Part shown: piece after piece, positions 1 through 12,767 of the stretch | Numbering within the stretch: position 1 is the first letter of the stretch | Layout of the letters: every line of letters begins with the position of its first letter | Source: Phoronis australis | Taxonomy: Eukaryota; Animalia; Phoronida | Length of the DNA: 64,000 nt | Assembly: GCA_002633005.1 (NCBI GenBank) | Contig: NMRA01000162.1 | Location: 427,632 to 491,631 of the forward strand | Reading direction: 5' to 3' | Translations under genes and position numbers: made by a program | The notes under the pieces: generated by a model | Told to the model about the DNA's origin: nothing | The model's database searches: none | Seen by the model: only the letters and a program-made list of their open reading frames with translations

Positions 1-2266
1 TTTGATTTTTCAGTTGAATTGTAGCCACACGAGGAGTCCTTCAAAGTGTTTACGTACACGCCTTCAAAAAGGGTAACATAACTGCTGTATGTGACAAAGG
101 GCTCTGTATGCATATATTTTTTGGAGCTTCGTTCAGGAAGAGACCTTTTTTGTATAACTACATGACAATAAAACAGAGTGACACTTAGCCGCAAGCAAGA
201 CCTTTACCAGCCCCTTGTTTGACGTGTTGCATAGGGTAAGATTTTTTACAGACATAAAAAACACAATTTAAAGCATAGGGCTCAGGAACCAAGTTGATTC
301 AGTGCCCTATCTGCGATCAATGTTTCACGGAAAGAGTAAGCCTGAGGACACTCGTTGTTGTTGTGAATGTGTCATGCAAAGAGTATGCCTCCTTCTACAG
401 GCATGAGAGCCAGAATCGCCATGAATAAAATCAATAAGTCCAGTAGTGAAAGTTGTTAAGTCACTAAACTTTATTCAGATTTACAGAGTTTATGGTTGGT
501 AGTTGTCTGATGTGATAGTATTTGGACGTTTTTTTTAACATTTTTTCCTATTTGTGTTATTTCAACAGCATCTTTAACAAAAACCAGTGCATTATTGTAG
601 TGTTTAGGTAGATTTAAATGGCCACACTATTTGTCATTGGGTAATACTTACATACAATTGTTATGACCAATTACTATTTTAAAAGAAAACTATATATCTG
701 CCACAACTGTAGAAATTGTTTTCATATTGTTGTTGATTCCCTGTGAGGGAATTTTATACTATGAACCGGTCCGAAATAGATTGTCTGATTCAGTGACGAT
801 TTAGTCTAATACATTCCAAAATAATTCGCAGGAAATGTACACTGGATTTGCAATGTTGATTTCTTTAAAGCAATATTTTATACCTGATATGACCAATTTT
901 AGGCATGTGTGATAAAAGACTAACAATATTATAGAATTGCTACATTGTGTCTTGAAGTGATGTTAAAGACAACATTTTAACTACGTGTTTGAGAATATCA
1001 CAATATAGTAGGTATATTATAACTCGTCTCACTCTTTTTCAATGTCACATAAACTGGAGATCATGATCTGAAGATGCACTCATGACCAAGACTACAAAAC
1101 AAAAGAGTCAAACAAAAGCTACCATATGTTGTATATCTAAGCCACACCAGTCATTCTGTTCATCTCTGTATCAATAATATCAGTAAAACAACAATCCGTT
1201 TTATCAGCAAAACAGTTTACACCATTTCTGGCAATTTTTAAGTCCCAGACGTTCATGAGCGGTAACCTTTGAATCACCTCACGAATGGTGTTGTCGCACT
1301 CTTTTCGCTCCCCACAGGCACGCTCATCATCACTCTTTGACTTCACTGGCGTATTTGTTTTTTCCTTTTGCTGTCACAATCTTGTAAGAAGATTCGACAC
1401 TGGCTTTCATCTGCATCAACAGTTTAGAACCCCTTGTTCCCCTTGGTTTCGTCTAAAAGTATATGTCTGTATTTCAAACCGTGGTAGGATGTACTTTCAC
1501 GCCCTGATTAACCTGTTCGTTGAAGCTCGCCTCGCAATAATAACAGTAAACTTGCTTCCTGAAATGAAAATAAATTCCTTTGTGAAAATATCTACAATTA
1601 AAATAGTGCTTGATGTACATGTAGTCGCTCATAGTGATTTAATGGTAATGCTATTATGTTGTTTAGTTTTGATACGAAAATAACAGAGTAATGACGCAAA
1701 ATGTGATTACTTCATTGCACCATCCTTATTTTGTAACCCTTTTCACGTTTTATAACTAAAAAGTTCATAACTGTTCGGCACACTACGATGCGTTCTCGAT
1801 CGCATAAACAAAACAAAAATTTAAGTTTCCGATCGCTTATCTTTGCGTTCTCGATCGCATCTTTCAACAGAAAAGTGTCGAAAAATCAGAGATCCTGACA
1901 AAACTACAAAAAACAAGCTTTGTGTTATATTTTAACCAGTCATTTCTTGATAACTTCATGGTCAATTTATTGATTTAGTGCCAAAAATAACCTCAATTTA
2001 CCAAAATGACATACAAATCACCTTTGACTCAAGCGATGCCTCGTTCAACGTAACTTTTCTCCAATAATTGGAATAGGCACCTGCCTAAACCTCTACCTGC
2101 CCTTCCTCAATGTGTTACGCCTTGAACTCATGTCTCTGTTTTCACATTGGAAGTAAAAACAACATAACTTCATCAAATTTACTCACCTTGCCTGGCTTTG
2201 CTTCTTGCAACGAATTTCGTTCGCGATCGCCTTCCGATCGTTCTCGATCGCGGGTTGGCCGGGCTG
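1..2266. mobile_element. Right part of the CAC...GTG DNA transposon with 5-bp TSD (Transib/RAG-like), copy A; left end is outside the window
   Basis: Right TIR cgttcgcgatcgccttccgatcgttctcgatcgcgggttggccgggctg ends at 2266 and is followed by AAGCT (2267-2271). This matches the left TSD of the complete copy at 44296-44300. Confidence 0.75.
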
Positions 2267-3221
2267 AAGCTAGTTGCTTGTCAGCTCAACTGTGATTCAC
2301 TTGAGACACGCAGCTCGTACCGGTCGTCTACGCTCGCTCTAAGGTCAAGATTCGTTTTATTGTGATCCAGTTTCGGGAAAATTTTTATTTTATTATGGTC
2401 ATTCTTTGAGAGAGTTTTGAAAATGTGAGGTCAGGAAGCCCCTGGTATAGGGCCTTTGGGGCTGTTTCAAAGTGCCTAGTTGAATCACTACCGGTAGTCC
2501 AGTTTCTGGTGGCTTGGGAGACGGATCGTGTGTCCCAAAAATGTACACAATTCCTGAACGTGTGGAATTCAAATTCAGTTCCCGTGGATCACTGAAATTC
2601 TGCGTGCCGGGCCTACTGCAGGGTTACATCTTATTTTTAACATTTTTAACATGGGTACGTCAGTCATGACATGCACGCAAATCAGGACAAGCAATCAATT
2701 CAGTTTTGAAGAACAAAAAATCATTGCTCAATACTACTGGAAACTAAAATCACCAAGGAAGTGCAAAGACAACCTTTCCAAGCAACGAGTTTAATTTTAT
2801 TTATTTGGGGATTTTTAAAACGCTTTCTCTGTCTACGGTTTGTGAATCCGAATTTCATCAATATCTTTGAGAGTTATTTTAGATGTGCAAAAATCGTCTA
2901 TACGTGTACTTTACTATTTGGGGATCGGAATATAGAAGTTTTTTAATTTCAGGTTGTAATTAAATTCACTAAAACATCATCAATTCTTACAAGATTAGCT
3001 TCAAATTGTCAAAAATCATTTATGAATCTATCGATTTTTGTAGATACATAAACAAGTAAATCAGAAACAAACGAATTTGTTTATCAAAACAGAATGTTAT
3101 AGGCAATTTCCGCATGCTTGCTTGCAAAGACTTTCGACGGGTAACCGGGGGAATATGGGAGACGGGGCACTCATATTAAGGTGTATTTTTGCTCATTTCA
3201 GAGATACCTATAACAGTTCAT

Positions 3222-3580
3222 TCGTTACTAGTGGAAAGAGGTTGCCACACAAATATTCCCTATGAAAACAGGTTGTGTGAATTATGTAATTCTGGGTGTG
3301 TAGAGGACGAACACCACTTTGTGTTAGTTTGTAGTGCGTACCAAGACCTTCGGGTTAAGTACTTAAGTGATCGTTTTTGTCATTCTCCCACGACATCTAA
3401 ATTTGATTCTCCCATGAGAACTCCAGATAGCCTACTTATTAAATTCGTCCACCACGCTCTCAAGCGTCATAATGTATTATCCAGTTTGAAACGTGGCACC
3501 TAACAATGCTCTGTCTTGTACGTGATATACTTGGGGCCTATGGCCATGTGTATACATGTATGTCTCAATAAATCAATTTG
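3222..3580 (+). mobile_element. 5'-truncated non-LTR retrotransposon 3' end (RTEX/L2-like C-terminal zinc knuckle)
   Basis: Encodes VERGCHTNIPYENRLCELCNSGCVEDEHHFVLVCSAYQDLR and ends in aataaatcaat. Perfect 13-bp TSD tataacagttcat at 3209-3221 and 3581-3593. Empty site (cctataacggttcaggagg) at ~14319-14337. Confidence 0.85.
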
Positions 3581-4118
3581 TATAACAGTTCATGAGGTAG
3601 ACTTGAACTCCACTAATAAAAAAGCGCTGAAATCTTTGTTTATGATTGCGGGAGTTCTTTGGGTGCCCTCTTTTGACATGTACACGGTCATCATAAATAC
3701 ATGTAGTTGCCTATTGTTTTACACATGTGGGAATTTTTTACAAGTAACTCATAGTAACCATCTTTAAAAGAGATAATATTCTTGTGATACTACGGGAATC
3801 AGTAACATTATTTTTTTATAACTAACCATCGGAAATAGTCCTCTTGTGTAATTCACAAATAGTGGGTTTCACGTCCTCCAAAATTCCAATCCTACTGTAT
3901 TTTTTCACATTTTCGGTTGTTTGGGTCAAATGGCTGTGCTGTGCACGAACGTTATGTGTTTTTGATGAATTTGGAAGCTTAACCTCCATATTGAATACTT
4001 GACAATGTCGTATTTACTTGTATAGTTGGCAAAGGGACATTTTCCAGCGAACTGCTCCACCGAGTGAGGGTTCCGTCTGAAATGGAACACCTTAAGATGA
4101 AAAATTAAACATCTTTAA

Positions 4119-7100
4119 AGAAGAATGTCACACGATTTAATTAGTCTTTTTTGCCGTCTTAATCGGTCTATATCCACATCGCCTCGCATATGGTCGACCT
4201 TACCTTGACAAGAAGTGTCGCGTTAACCTGTGAGGAAGGTGAGAAACGACGCTAGCGACGTCAGTGGTTCATTTGCAGAGTGAATGCCGCTATTAGTCTA
4301 GACGCACTTCTGGAAAATGTGCATGTTAAACACATTTTTTAGTAAAAGTGGAGAACCTATCTTTTAGCATAATTATGGTATGCTGATTTTGATTATGCCT
4401 GTTTCCAAGCTGGATTTTGAGTTTTTGACCATCTAATTCGCATAAGAAATGGCCGCCAAACCAACAAGATAAGAAACATTCGTAAGACCAGGAATACAAC
4501 ATGTGACGAATAATTAAGAATTTTTTGCTACAAAAACATAGTTGTATAAGTGACCGTAGATCACTTAATTTTGACAACATATTATTAAACGTCATTAAAT
4601 TCCCCAATTATGCTAACTAGCTTCCGCAATTACCGAAAAAATCAAATTTCGGTGTAACTTAATCAATTTGCAGGCAAACATGACAAATAAGGTGTCTATA
4701 CTATGTTTTGAAGGTCTAGAAAAATCATTATGACACATGTGAAGCTTTTTATTTCATCTTCACTAACTTACAATTTATGCTCATTAATAAAGCCTGAAAA
4801 TTAAATTAGAAGTCATAATTATCAATGCTTTTTTGAAAACATCTCACTATTTAGATAAGATAAAAAGTATTGTAAACATAACAACATGGCTTTTAAATAC
4901 TGTTGTAAAGAGATGCATGGCCATATCGTCCCATTTAGGACAAGAACATACCGTACTTACGTGGTTGGTCCCAGAATACCAAAATATGTTAATACAGCAC
5001 CTTCTTTAGTGGTTCTTCATGTATCAATGAACTTCATCAAGGCCATAGAAGATCACATGAGTGATTCCGGAATAGCTGAGGTGTGTATAGAGAGTGCAGT
5101 ATGGTCCTCGGTGGAAAGTCGAACAGCAAAGCTACAGTATGAGGGCACACAGACTGTCTTTGCAAGCTCTGTGCTTCTCCTGGTGCCAAGCCTTCTCTCG
5201 TTTATTACAGAAGCAACTGTCATGCTTGTATAACCAGTATGTCTGCAGATGATGATCCACAGAAAATTCCGGAGTTGATAATATTTCTCAATCAGGATAA
5301 GTTCAGGAAACTCCTGGGCATTTTGTCAACACTAGGTCTGATGATGTGAATTTCAGCTTGTGTTGGAATTACATGGACATGATTCCAATAATATATTGTT
5401 AAAGTACACGTGCTCTCAACGGGATGGCATTTTGGAACTGCATCTCTATTCAATTACTCGCATGCTGCCCCACCGAATTAGACCCGAGTGGGGTGCAATC
5501 TTTTTAGCCGAGATGCATCAACTTCCACAGTCTGTTTGGTCAGAGTTTCAAGCAGGAAATTTTGTAGTCAAGCGATCTCCTCATATACTCTGTCAGGTAG
5601 ATTCTGACCAATGGGTAAAGGGGCAGGCAAAAAGGAGGTGGCATCATCGGTAATACCAAAACCACGTCAGCTCTATGGAGGTGGACTGTCTCATTTAATC
5701 TGAGATCTCATGTAGCTGAACAAACTTACCGCTAGAGGAGTACATAGTTTTACAACGAAGCCACGAAAGCCAGGCAACTGAGACAAAATAATGTCGAGAG
5801 TTCCCTTCTTTACACTTTCCATGGATTGGAGGTCTTCTCGTCCTCAAGGCCTGAGCTGCTGCAAAGCCTTGTAACAAAAGACCTAGCAGCAGCACCAATC
5901 CAAGAGTCACTTTTGCATGCCAAGGAGTTTAGACACGAACAAATTAAGAAATTTAGGTTATCCCTGAGCAATGCGATAATTCAGACATGTCAATTCATAC
6001 GCCTTTGCGCAAAAATAATGCCCCAACAATTGCCAACTTATGTGATGCTGTTAAATAAAACAAAGACAAAGACAAAAATAGTTCTTAAGGCTGACAGGGA
6101 TGTACTTCGCTGTCTAGCTACGGCTTATGAGGCGGGTGGATCAGTTGATTTACCGTCTGTGCTAAAGCGCGAGCTTCTTCCCGTCCATGTTTTCTTGCAG
6201 AAACGAGTGGGACAATGCGCACTGGAGATAAATCTTCATTTGCCGAAGAATTAAAAGTTAACACATCGACTGTCCTGAAACAATTCAACTCCACGACACG
6301 TCCGCTTGTCTCATTATTGATGGCGAAGCATTGCTGGTAGCTCTTGGGGAGCCTGATGGTGATGTAACCTTCGAAAACCTGGCTGATTCATTCATGAAAA
6401 TAGTGCTAAACACAGGATTTAGATATCATAAAATTGATATTGCATTTGACAGATACAGGCAAGAAACAATGAAGGACACAACAAGAAAACAGCACAGTAA
6501 AGGAACATGGCAAATCAGGTGAGTTTTGGAAGGTTGTGACGTACCGCTTCGTCAAAACTGGTCAAATTTTCGGGCACATTTCTTGTTAGAGGAACTGTGT
6601 TTGTAGACGCCTGAAGATAAAGAGGTTATGGTTGAAGGAGGGTTCAAAGATGAACTGGAGGTCAATTAAATCATCTAAGGGTATGACTGATTTGAGGACT
6701 CTGAAATCCACACATAAAGAACCAGATGCAAGATTGGTAAAGCATGCTGTCCACAGTCAGTCGTGCTTTCCAGGGACACCCGATGTTCTACTGCTTCTGG
6801 TATAGCACTTCCAACAAATGCAATGTGAGCATATCGGAACGATGTCAGGCACGTCAAAGAAACGACGATATGTACCTATTGAAGCACTTTTCAACAAACT
6901 ACTACGAGGCTCAGCAACATTCTTGTTTGCTTTTCATGCCGTGACCGAGTTTGGCACCAAATCGTACTTTGTCAATCGTATGAAAAATCTTCATGGAAGG
7001 TGTTCGTAGAGCATCACACATTGCTAAAGAACCTGTGCATTGGTGAACTCACTGAGAAAAGTATGAGGTCTTCAGAAGTATTTGTCTGCAGAATATACAT

Positions 7101-8860
7101 GTACAACACGACCAGAAAAGACCTGTAGATGTAGCACGCTATATACTATTCTCCAAGCCCGTGAACCCAGAAGTCCTTCCTCCAACGCATCGCCGTTTCC
7201 ATCTGATGATAGTGCACTATCGGGTCAAGGTATGGCAAAATGATCATTGTTCCATACCTGAGCTCCCAGCACCCTCAAATATGGGAGGAACACACACAAA
7301 CTTATGCTTGCAGCCTACACTGATGACACAGAGTTCTATCCCAGACAGCTGCCTAGAGATGGTATTGTGTGTAGTATGCCAGAAACAACGCAATAGTAGA
7401 CAATGCAAATGCAAGAAATCTGGATTTCGATGCATATCATTATGCACGTGCCAGCAGCACATTTAGATTCCTTGTATGCAAACAGTTTAATTTGCCTGGC
7501 TTCAGGCATGTTAAAAAGTACCAAAAAGTAAATGCTAAAACTGTGTTAAGCAGACCTGAAATAATTCCTGCAACTGAGAATCTAATGTCTTCAATAACAA
7601 TAACTATATTGATTTTTAAGAATGGAAGATAACAGGAACATGTGTGAACATTTGTCCTTGTGTTCCGTCAAAATAGTGACACCTTGCTTAACTAGCATTG
7701 CAGATTAACGATTCTTTGTCCACATTCTGTAAGTATTCATCTATAACCCAATAAATATGAATATGAAATAAATTGCTTCAGAAATGACCTTAGCATGTTT
7801 GTTGACCATGAAAATATAAATATAAACACCTCATTTTTCAAGTTAGCCTGTAGGAGCACAAACTTAAGACGAAAATTACATTGTATGGTAATGGTGGCAC
7901 CTAATTTGCATAATTAGTTTTTAGAGTTGCATTTTTAGCTTTCATAAGTGATGTATTGATCAATAAGTATTTATAAGAAGTGTAGAGGTGAGACATTTCA
8001 CCATTTCAAATGGTATATTGTGATTTCTATTACAAAAATACACCTGAAATTGACAATTTGGCCGCCATTTTGTATATGCTAATTAGATGGTTCAAAATGA
8101 AAAATTCGGCTTGGAAACAGAGTTAGTTGAATTCGCCATACCTTGACTGTGTGAAAAAGTCTTGTTCCCAACTTCTAATAAAAAATGCTTCTAGAACCTT
8201 ATACAAGACTCTTTTCAGGAAATGCATCTAGACTATAAGTTGCGGTGCATCGTTCCCGCTTGTCCGAACTATGCAGCTGCGAGGAAAGCGGTTATATCGT
8301 TTTTTACTTCCTCGAGAGTCCGAAATGCTTAGGAAGTGGCTCATCGTAGTGAAGAATGAAATATACGCTGGAAATAGCAAGTATGAGGCCGTGAAACATC
8401 TCCGTGTCAGTGGCCTGCAGACGTCGACAGTGCCTGACGAATGCCGGCTTACCAAGTAACTCCATACGTTCCGTTGTCTGAGCTTGTTCACGGCGCCTCT
8501 CTAATATTTCTTCATCAATGTATTCCTGTTCGAATGGATAGCTTTTAAAACTTAACGATCCACCTGCGAAGTCGGGACTGATGAGCTCCAGCTCGTCCTA
8601 AGTCGGGATTGCGAGTTGCCATGTTGGCGTTTATTACTGAGCGTTCTGTTTCAAAATGAATTATTCTCACCCTAACCAATACTTATATAAAACTGAAACA
8701 AAGTCCGTCTCATTAGATGCAATTTGTAATGCCTTTGGATTGTTCGTGAGTACAAATGATTTGAGAATCCAGCAATGAATAAATCACTACGTTACAGGCT
8801 TTAGGTGCAATAAAACTAATTGACGAGACACCGTGGCCGTGTGAGCTCATGGTAATTTAA
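4119..8860 (+). mobile_element. TTAA-targeting Kolobok-like THAP-remnant element, interrupted by Academ, right end deleted
   Basis: TTAA (4115-4118) followed by agaagaatgtcacacga. 4119-4293 plus 8239-8860 align with the complete copy at 61832-62620. THAP-like RCIVPACPN...LPRESEMLRKWL...HLRV. Confidence 0.7.
4294..8235 (+). mobile_element. Academ DNA transposon family A, decayed (transposase/XPG/Cys8 pseudogene)
   Basis: Termini 5'-TAG...CTA-3' with a 24-bp TIR (tagtctagacgcacttctggaaaa vs rc tagtctagatgcatttcctgaaaa, 20/24). Flanks TAT/TAA. Frameshifted XPG/FEN-like motifs IIDGEAL, IAFDRY, H(E/K)EPDAR, FAFHAVT, LPPT and a C-terminal Cys cluster CVVCQKQRNSRQCKCKKSGFRCISLCTC. Confidence 0.88.
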
Positions 8861-10499
8861 AATATAGTTTTGAAATCGCAAAATTGACTTATTGATTTTA
8901 ATAATCCAGTAAAGTAGTACAATCCGCAAAAGGTTCGCTATACAAATTTTCTCGATTTTTCGAAATATATGTATAATTGATTTCGTTCACGTTTTCAAGT
9001 GCCTTTAAACGACCTGTGCTGCAAAAGCGGAGACCCTAACGACAATGTCCTGGCCAGGGTCCTGAAAAGGTAAACCATGCACTGATACAGAGTTGTTAAA
9101 CGTTCTCTTGAATTTTCTCACTCGCCCGTATTTCGCAATCTTTCGTGTCTCGACTGTCCCTAGCCCCACGCCTATGTCGGTTGCCACGGTTTAACCCTGA
9201 CGCCTGAAAATTTTTGGAGGGGGGACGTGCCCCCCGCCCCTCCCCCCGCTTCCTACGGCCATGCATTTAGTGTTACAAAATTGCAAATGTCTCAAAGCTC
9301 GACAGTTTTCCGTATGACTCATGGCGAGATATTAGACTGGGAGGCATTTTGATCGACAAAACTTTGAAAGTACAAATAACGCCGCCTTACTTTTTTAAAC
9401 ATGACGACTATGTTATGAGTGCAAGGCGTGGGCCCTCACTTCGTGAGGTCACGTCTCATTTTTAAGCTTACCTGTTGCCCGTTAGTAAATAGGTTGTGAT
9501 AGGAGAATCCAAAATTTGGGTCCACGGGCTGGGGGCAAAATTTTTGAGAAATTCGTTTTGTGCTCCCCCGTCCAATAATATTTACCTGGATTAGTCCTGA
9601 TTACACCAAATCTTTTCGCTTCATTCGACGGTGATATGAATTGTCATGAGTGTGACTTCAAGTTGAGATGTGCGCTTAAAAACTGTTTTCCGTGCGTACA
9701 AGACGTCCTTTTATTACCAGGAAAATTGCCCAGGTAATAGGAGCGGTTACATATAGTTCTACTTCGTTCGTGTCAATGACCGGTTGGATAACGCTAGTAT
9801 AAAGAGAGTACATGTATATTGCATCGACGTTAACGTCTTTATTGTCAATTTGTGTCTGACTTGATCGCTATATGAAATTTATTCAGCACGTCTTATTTTG
9901 AGGAACTTTAGCTGTTGTTACAATTGAATAAAAACTAAATATTAAGTACATGTACAGTACTTACGCCGGCCAGCTTCACCTGAAGGGTGACAACCTTGTC
10001 ACAGATTTGAATCACGCATTTTAAATAGACACCGGATTATGAACACAATGATACAATTCGAACCCATTTTACCTTGTTGACATCGTGAGATATCAGGGCT
10101 GTTTTGGGGTATTAAAAAGGCAGAGGAATCGGCAAAACATCGCATTCCAATACTTAATACAAACGTATTGATGTGTGTAAGAAGCTGATTTGTTTGTCTA
10201 TACATGCACATTAATACAGTAAACCAAAATATCGTGATAAGTCACCTAGGTCCCGACACTGCAGTACCGACCGCGCACCGACGCTCCGGGTGTCTCTAGA
10301 TCTTAGCCCGTGCATGGAATCTGATAGGGCCACTGTATTCTAATTTCGCGACCCTAATTCGAAAAATACGCAAGCCCGTCAACTCTCCTCAGTGTCACAA
10401 ACAGGTCACCCCGACACCCTTCCATCCGATTTGTTGCCAATAGGTGGCGTGACAACCCTGCTTTGCGTGCCGTGCGTACCGGAATGGTGGGTTACTAAN

Positions 10500-12190
10500 T
10501 GCTAAATGCGGATAAGAGAGAAAAATCAAGAGAAACATTTAACAACTCTGTATCAGTGCATGGTTTACCTTTAGGGACCCTGGACAGGTCATTGTTGTTG
10601 GGGTCTCCGCTTTCGCAGCACGGGTCGTATAAACGTACTTGAAAACGTGCACGTAATGAATCATGCATTATATTTCGTAAAATCGAAAAAAAATGTAAAG
10701 CGAAACTTTTGCAGAGCGTGTTAATTTACTTGATTTTTAAATTCAATATGTCAAAATTTTGCGACTGCAAAACTAAATTTTTCCAGAGGCCCTTCTCTGG
10801 CAAGGGATAACGGAAACAACTGTCCCTTTTTCCCCGATTTTTCAAAGTATTGATGATTTTATATTGAGGGGCACACCCTTGAAGAAGGCCATTGATGACA
10901 TTCAAGTGGCCACCATTTTTATGCTTTTATTGACAAATTCTTAAGGGCCCTCTCACTGATAGAGGGCCCAATGTTGGACTTGATTCCTAATTCCTAGTTT
11001 CCTGTTTTTTGTGAAATCATGCAACTGACTTTTCATGTTGAAGAGGGTCACTTCCTGCACCGTCTTGTGACCACACGACGGTGGAATAGATTGTCATTCT
11101 TTTCCAAGCTTAATGATGTTTAGCCTTTCATCTCATGGTGTCCCATTTCAGACGGTACCATAGACTATGGGCGGCACAACACTGAAAAAAGGTGGGCTAT
11201 AGCCTCTGCAGCCCCCTTTGGTGCGCCGCCCATGGACACTGACAAGTATTCTCGAGCGAAGTTGAGATTCCAAATTATCAAGACATTCGGTTCTAACAAC
11301 CAAAAAAAGGAAAAAAAATACAATAGGATTGACCGCCATCCTAATGATGGAATTTTGAAGAACGATAAGGCCCCTATTTGTTGATTACACAAAAGGGTTA
11401 TTTCCGATGGTTAGTTACAGAATAATTAGAAAACGGACAATCGCAGCACAAATAAAAAAGTTCATGTTAACTCGAAGTCTTTTCATAAGACAGCATCAGG
11501 ATATGTACAGCAGGACAACAAGTGTCGATTACCATTCCTCATCCATGAGGTGAAATGAGAGTGAGAGATTGTCCGTTTTCTAATCGTACTGTGGCCCAAA
11601 AATAATGTAATTATAAAATAATGTTACTGTTTCCCATAGTATCACAAAAATAGTATCTCTTTTGAAAATGGTTACTATGAATTGTTTGTAAGGAATTCCC
11701 CAATATGGAAAACACTGCTGTCGACACTACCATTGGGATGAACGAGCTACTCAAATACTCCCAATAATAAACAAGTATTTCAGCGTTTTTTTGGGGGGGG
11801 GGTCAAGTTAAACTCGTGAACCTTATAGTTACCTCGGTAATGTGCAAAAATACACCTTTCTATGAATGTCGAATCTCCCATTTTCCCCGGTTACCCGTCA
11901 AAAATCTACGATTATGCCAATGGAAAATGCTTAAAACATTCCGTTTTGATTAACAAATTCGTTGGATTCTGATTTACATGCTTATGTATCAACGAAAACC
12001 GACAGGTTAATAGATGATTTTTGGCAATCAGAGGCTAATCTTTTAAGAAATGATGTCCATTCAGGGAATTTATTTGAAGCCTGAATATGGAAAAACTCTA
12101 TAATTTGATCCCCAAATAGTGAAGTGCACCTGGACGCTTTTTTCCTATCTAAAATAACTCTCAAAGACATCGATGAAATTTGGACACTTC
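10500..12190 (-). mobile_element. Inverted, more diverged partial copy of the 'R' element
   Basis: Reverse complement aligns with 13950-15430 (e.g. 11941-12185 vs 13955-14210). The end is lost at the single-N contig join at 10499. Confidence 0.7.
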
Positions 12191-12767
12191 CCAAAACTTA
12201 ACTCACAATTTAAATGACAATAAATACATTGCTTTTTGACTTCGGTACAAGTTTTGTTGTTTAAACTCACCAACAGGGGATCAAAAAGGGAATCAAGTCA
12301 TTAAAAGGTACCTGAAGTACAATAACATGTATTTTTAATGTAATTTAATTAATTGATGAATAAAGTCTATATCAGAAATCACATGTTTGTTACTCTTTCA
12401 CATTTTTGTAAAAAAGCGTTTTTCCAATGTTTATTCGTATTGGCTAACGTGCATCTGACGTCACTGAGGCTGTACCGTGGGTGAAGGCAATAAGGCAAAT
12501 TAAGGGTGTAATGTACATACCTCGTTGGGTGAATGCCTCTCGGCTACAGAACTGTGCTTAATGTGTATAATTCGTCTGCGATCTCGGTTCTCAAAAGTTC
12601 GTAATACAAGTTTACTGCAGGCCCGTANGGGTGAAGGCAATAAGGCAAATTAAGGGTGTAATGTACATACCTCGTTGGGTGAATGCCTCTCGGCTACAGA
12701 ACTGTGCTTAAAGTGTATAATTCGTCTGCGATCTCGGCTCTTAAAAGTTCATAATACAAGTTTACTG

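Larger units (their letters stand above)
2272..9263 (+). mobile_element. hAT-like non-autonomous 'R' element, copy disrupted by nested LINE, Kolobok-like and Academ insertions
   Basis: 2272-4118 and 8860-9263 align with the uninterrupted copy at 13375-15439 / 59466-61632. It ends in the TIR-like ...cttcctacggccatg at 9263. Confidence 0.65.
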
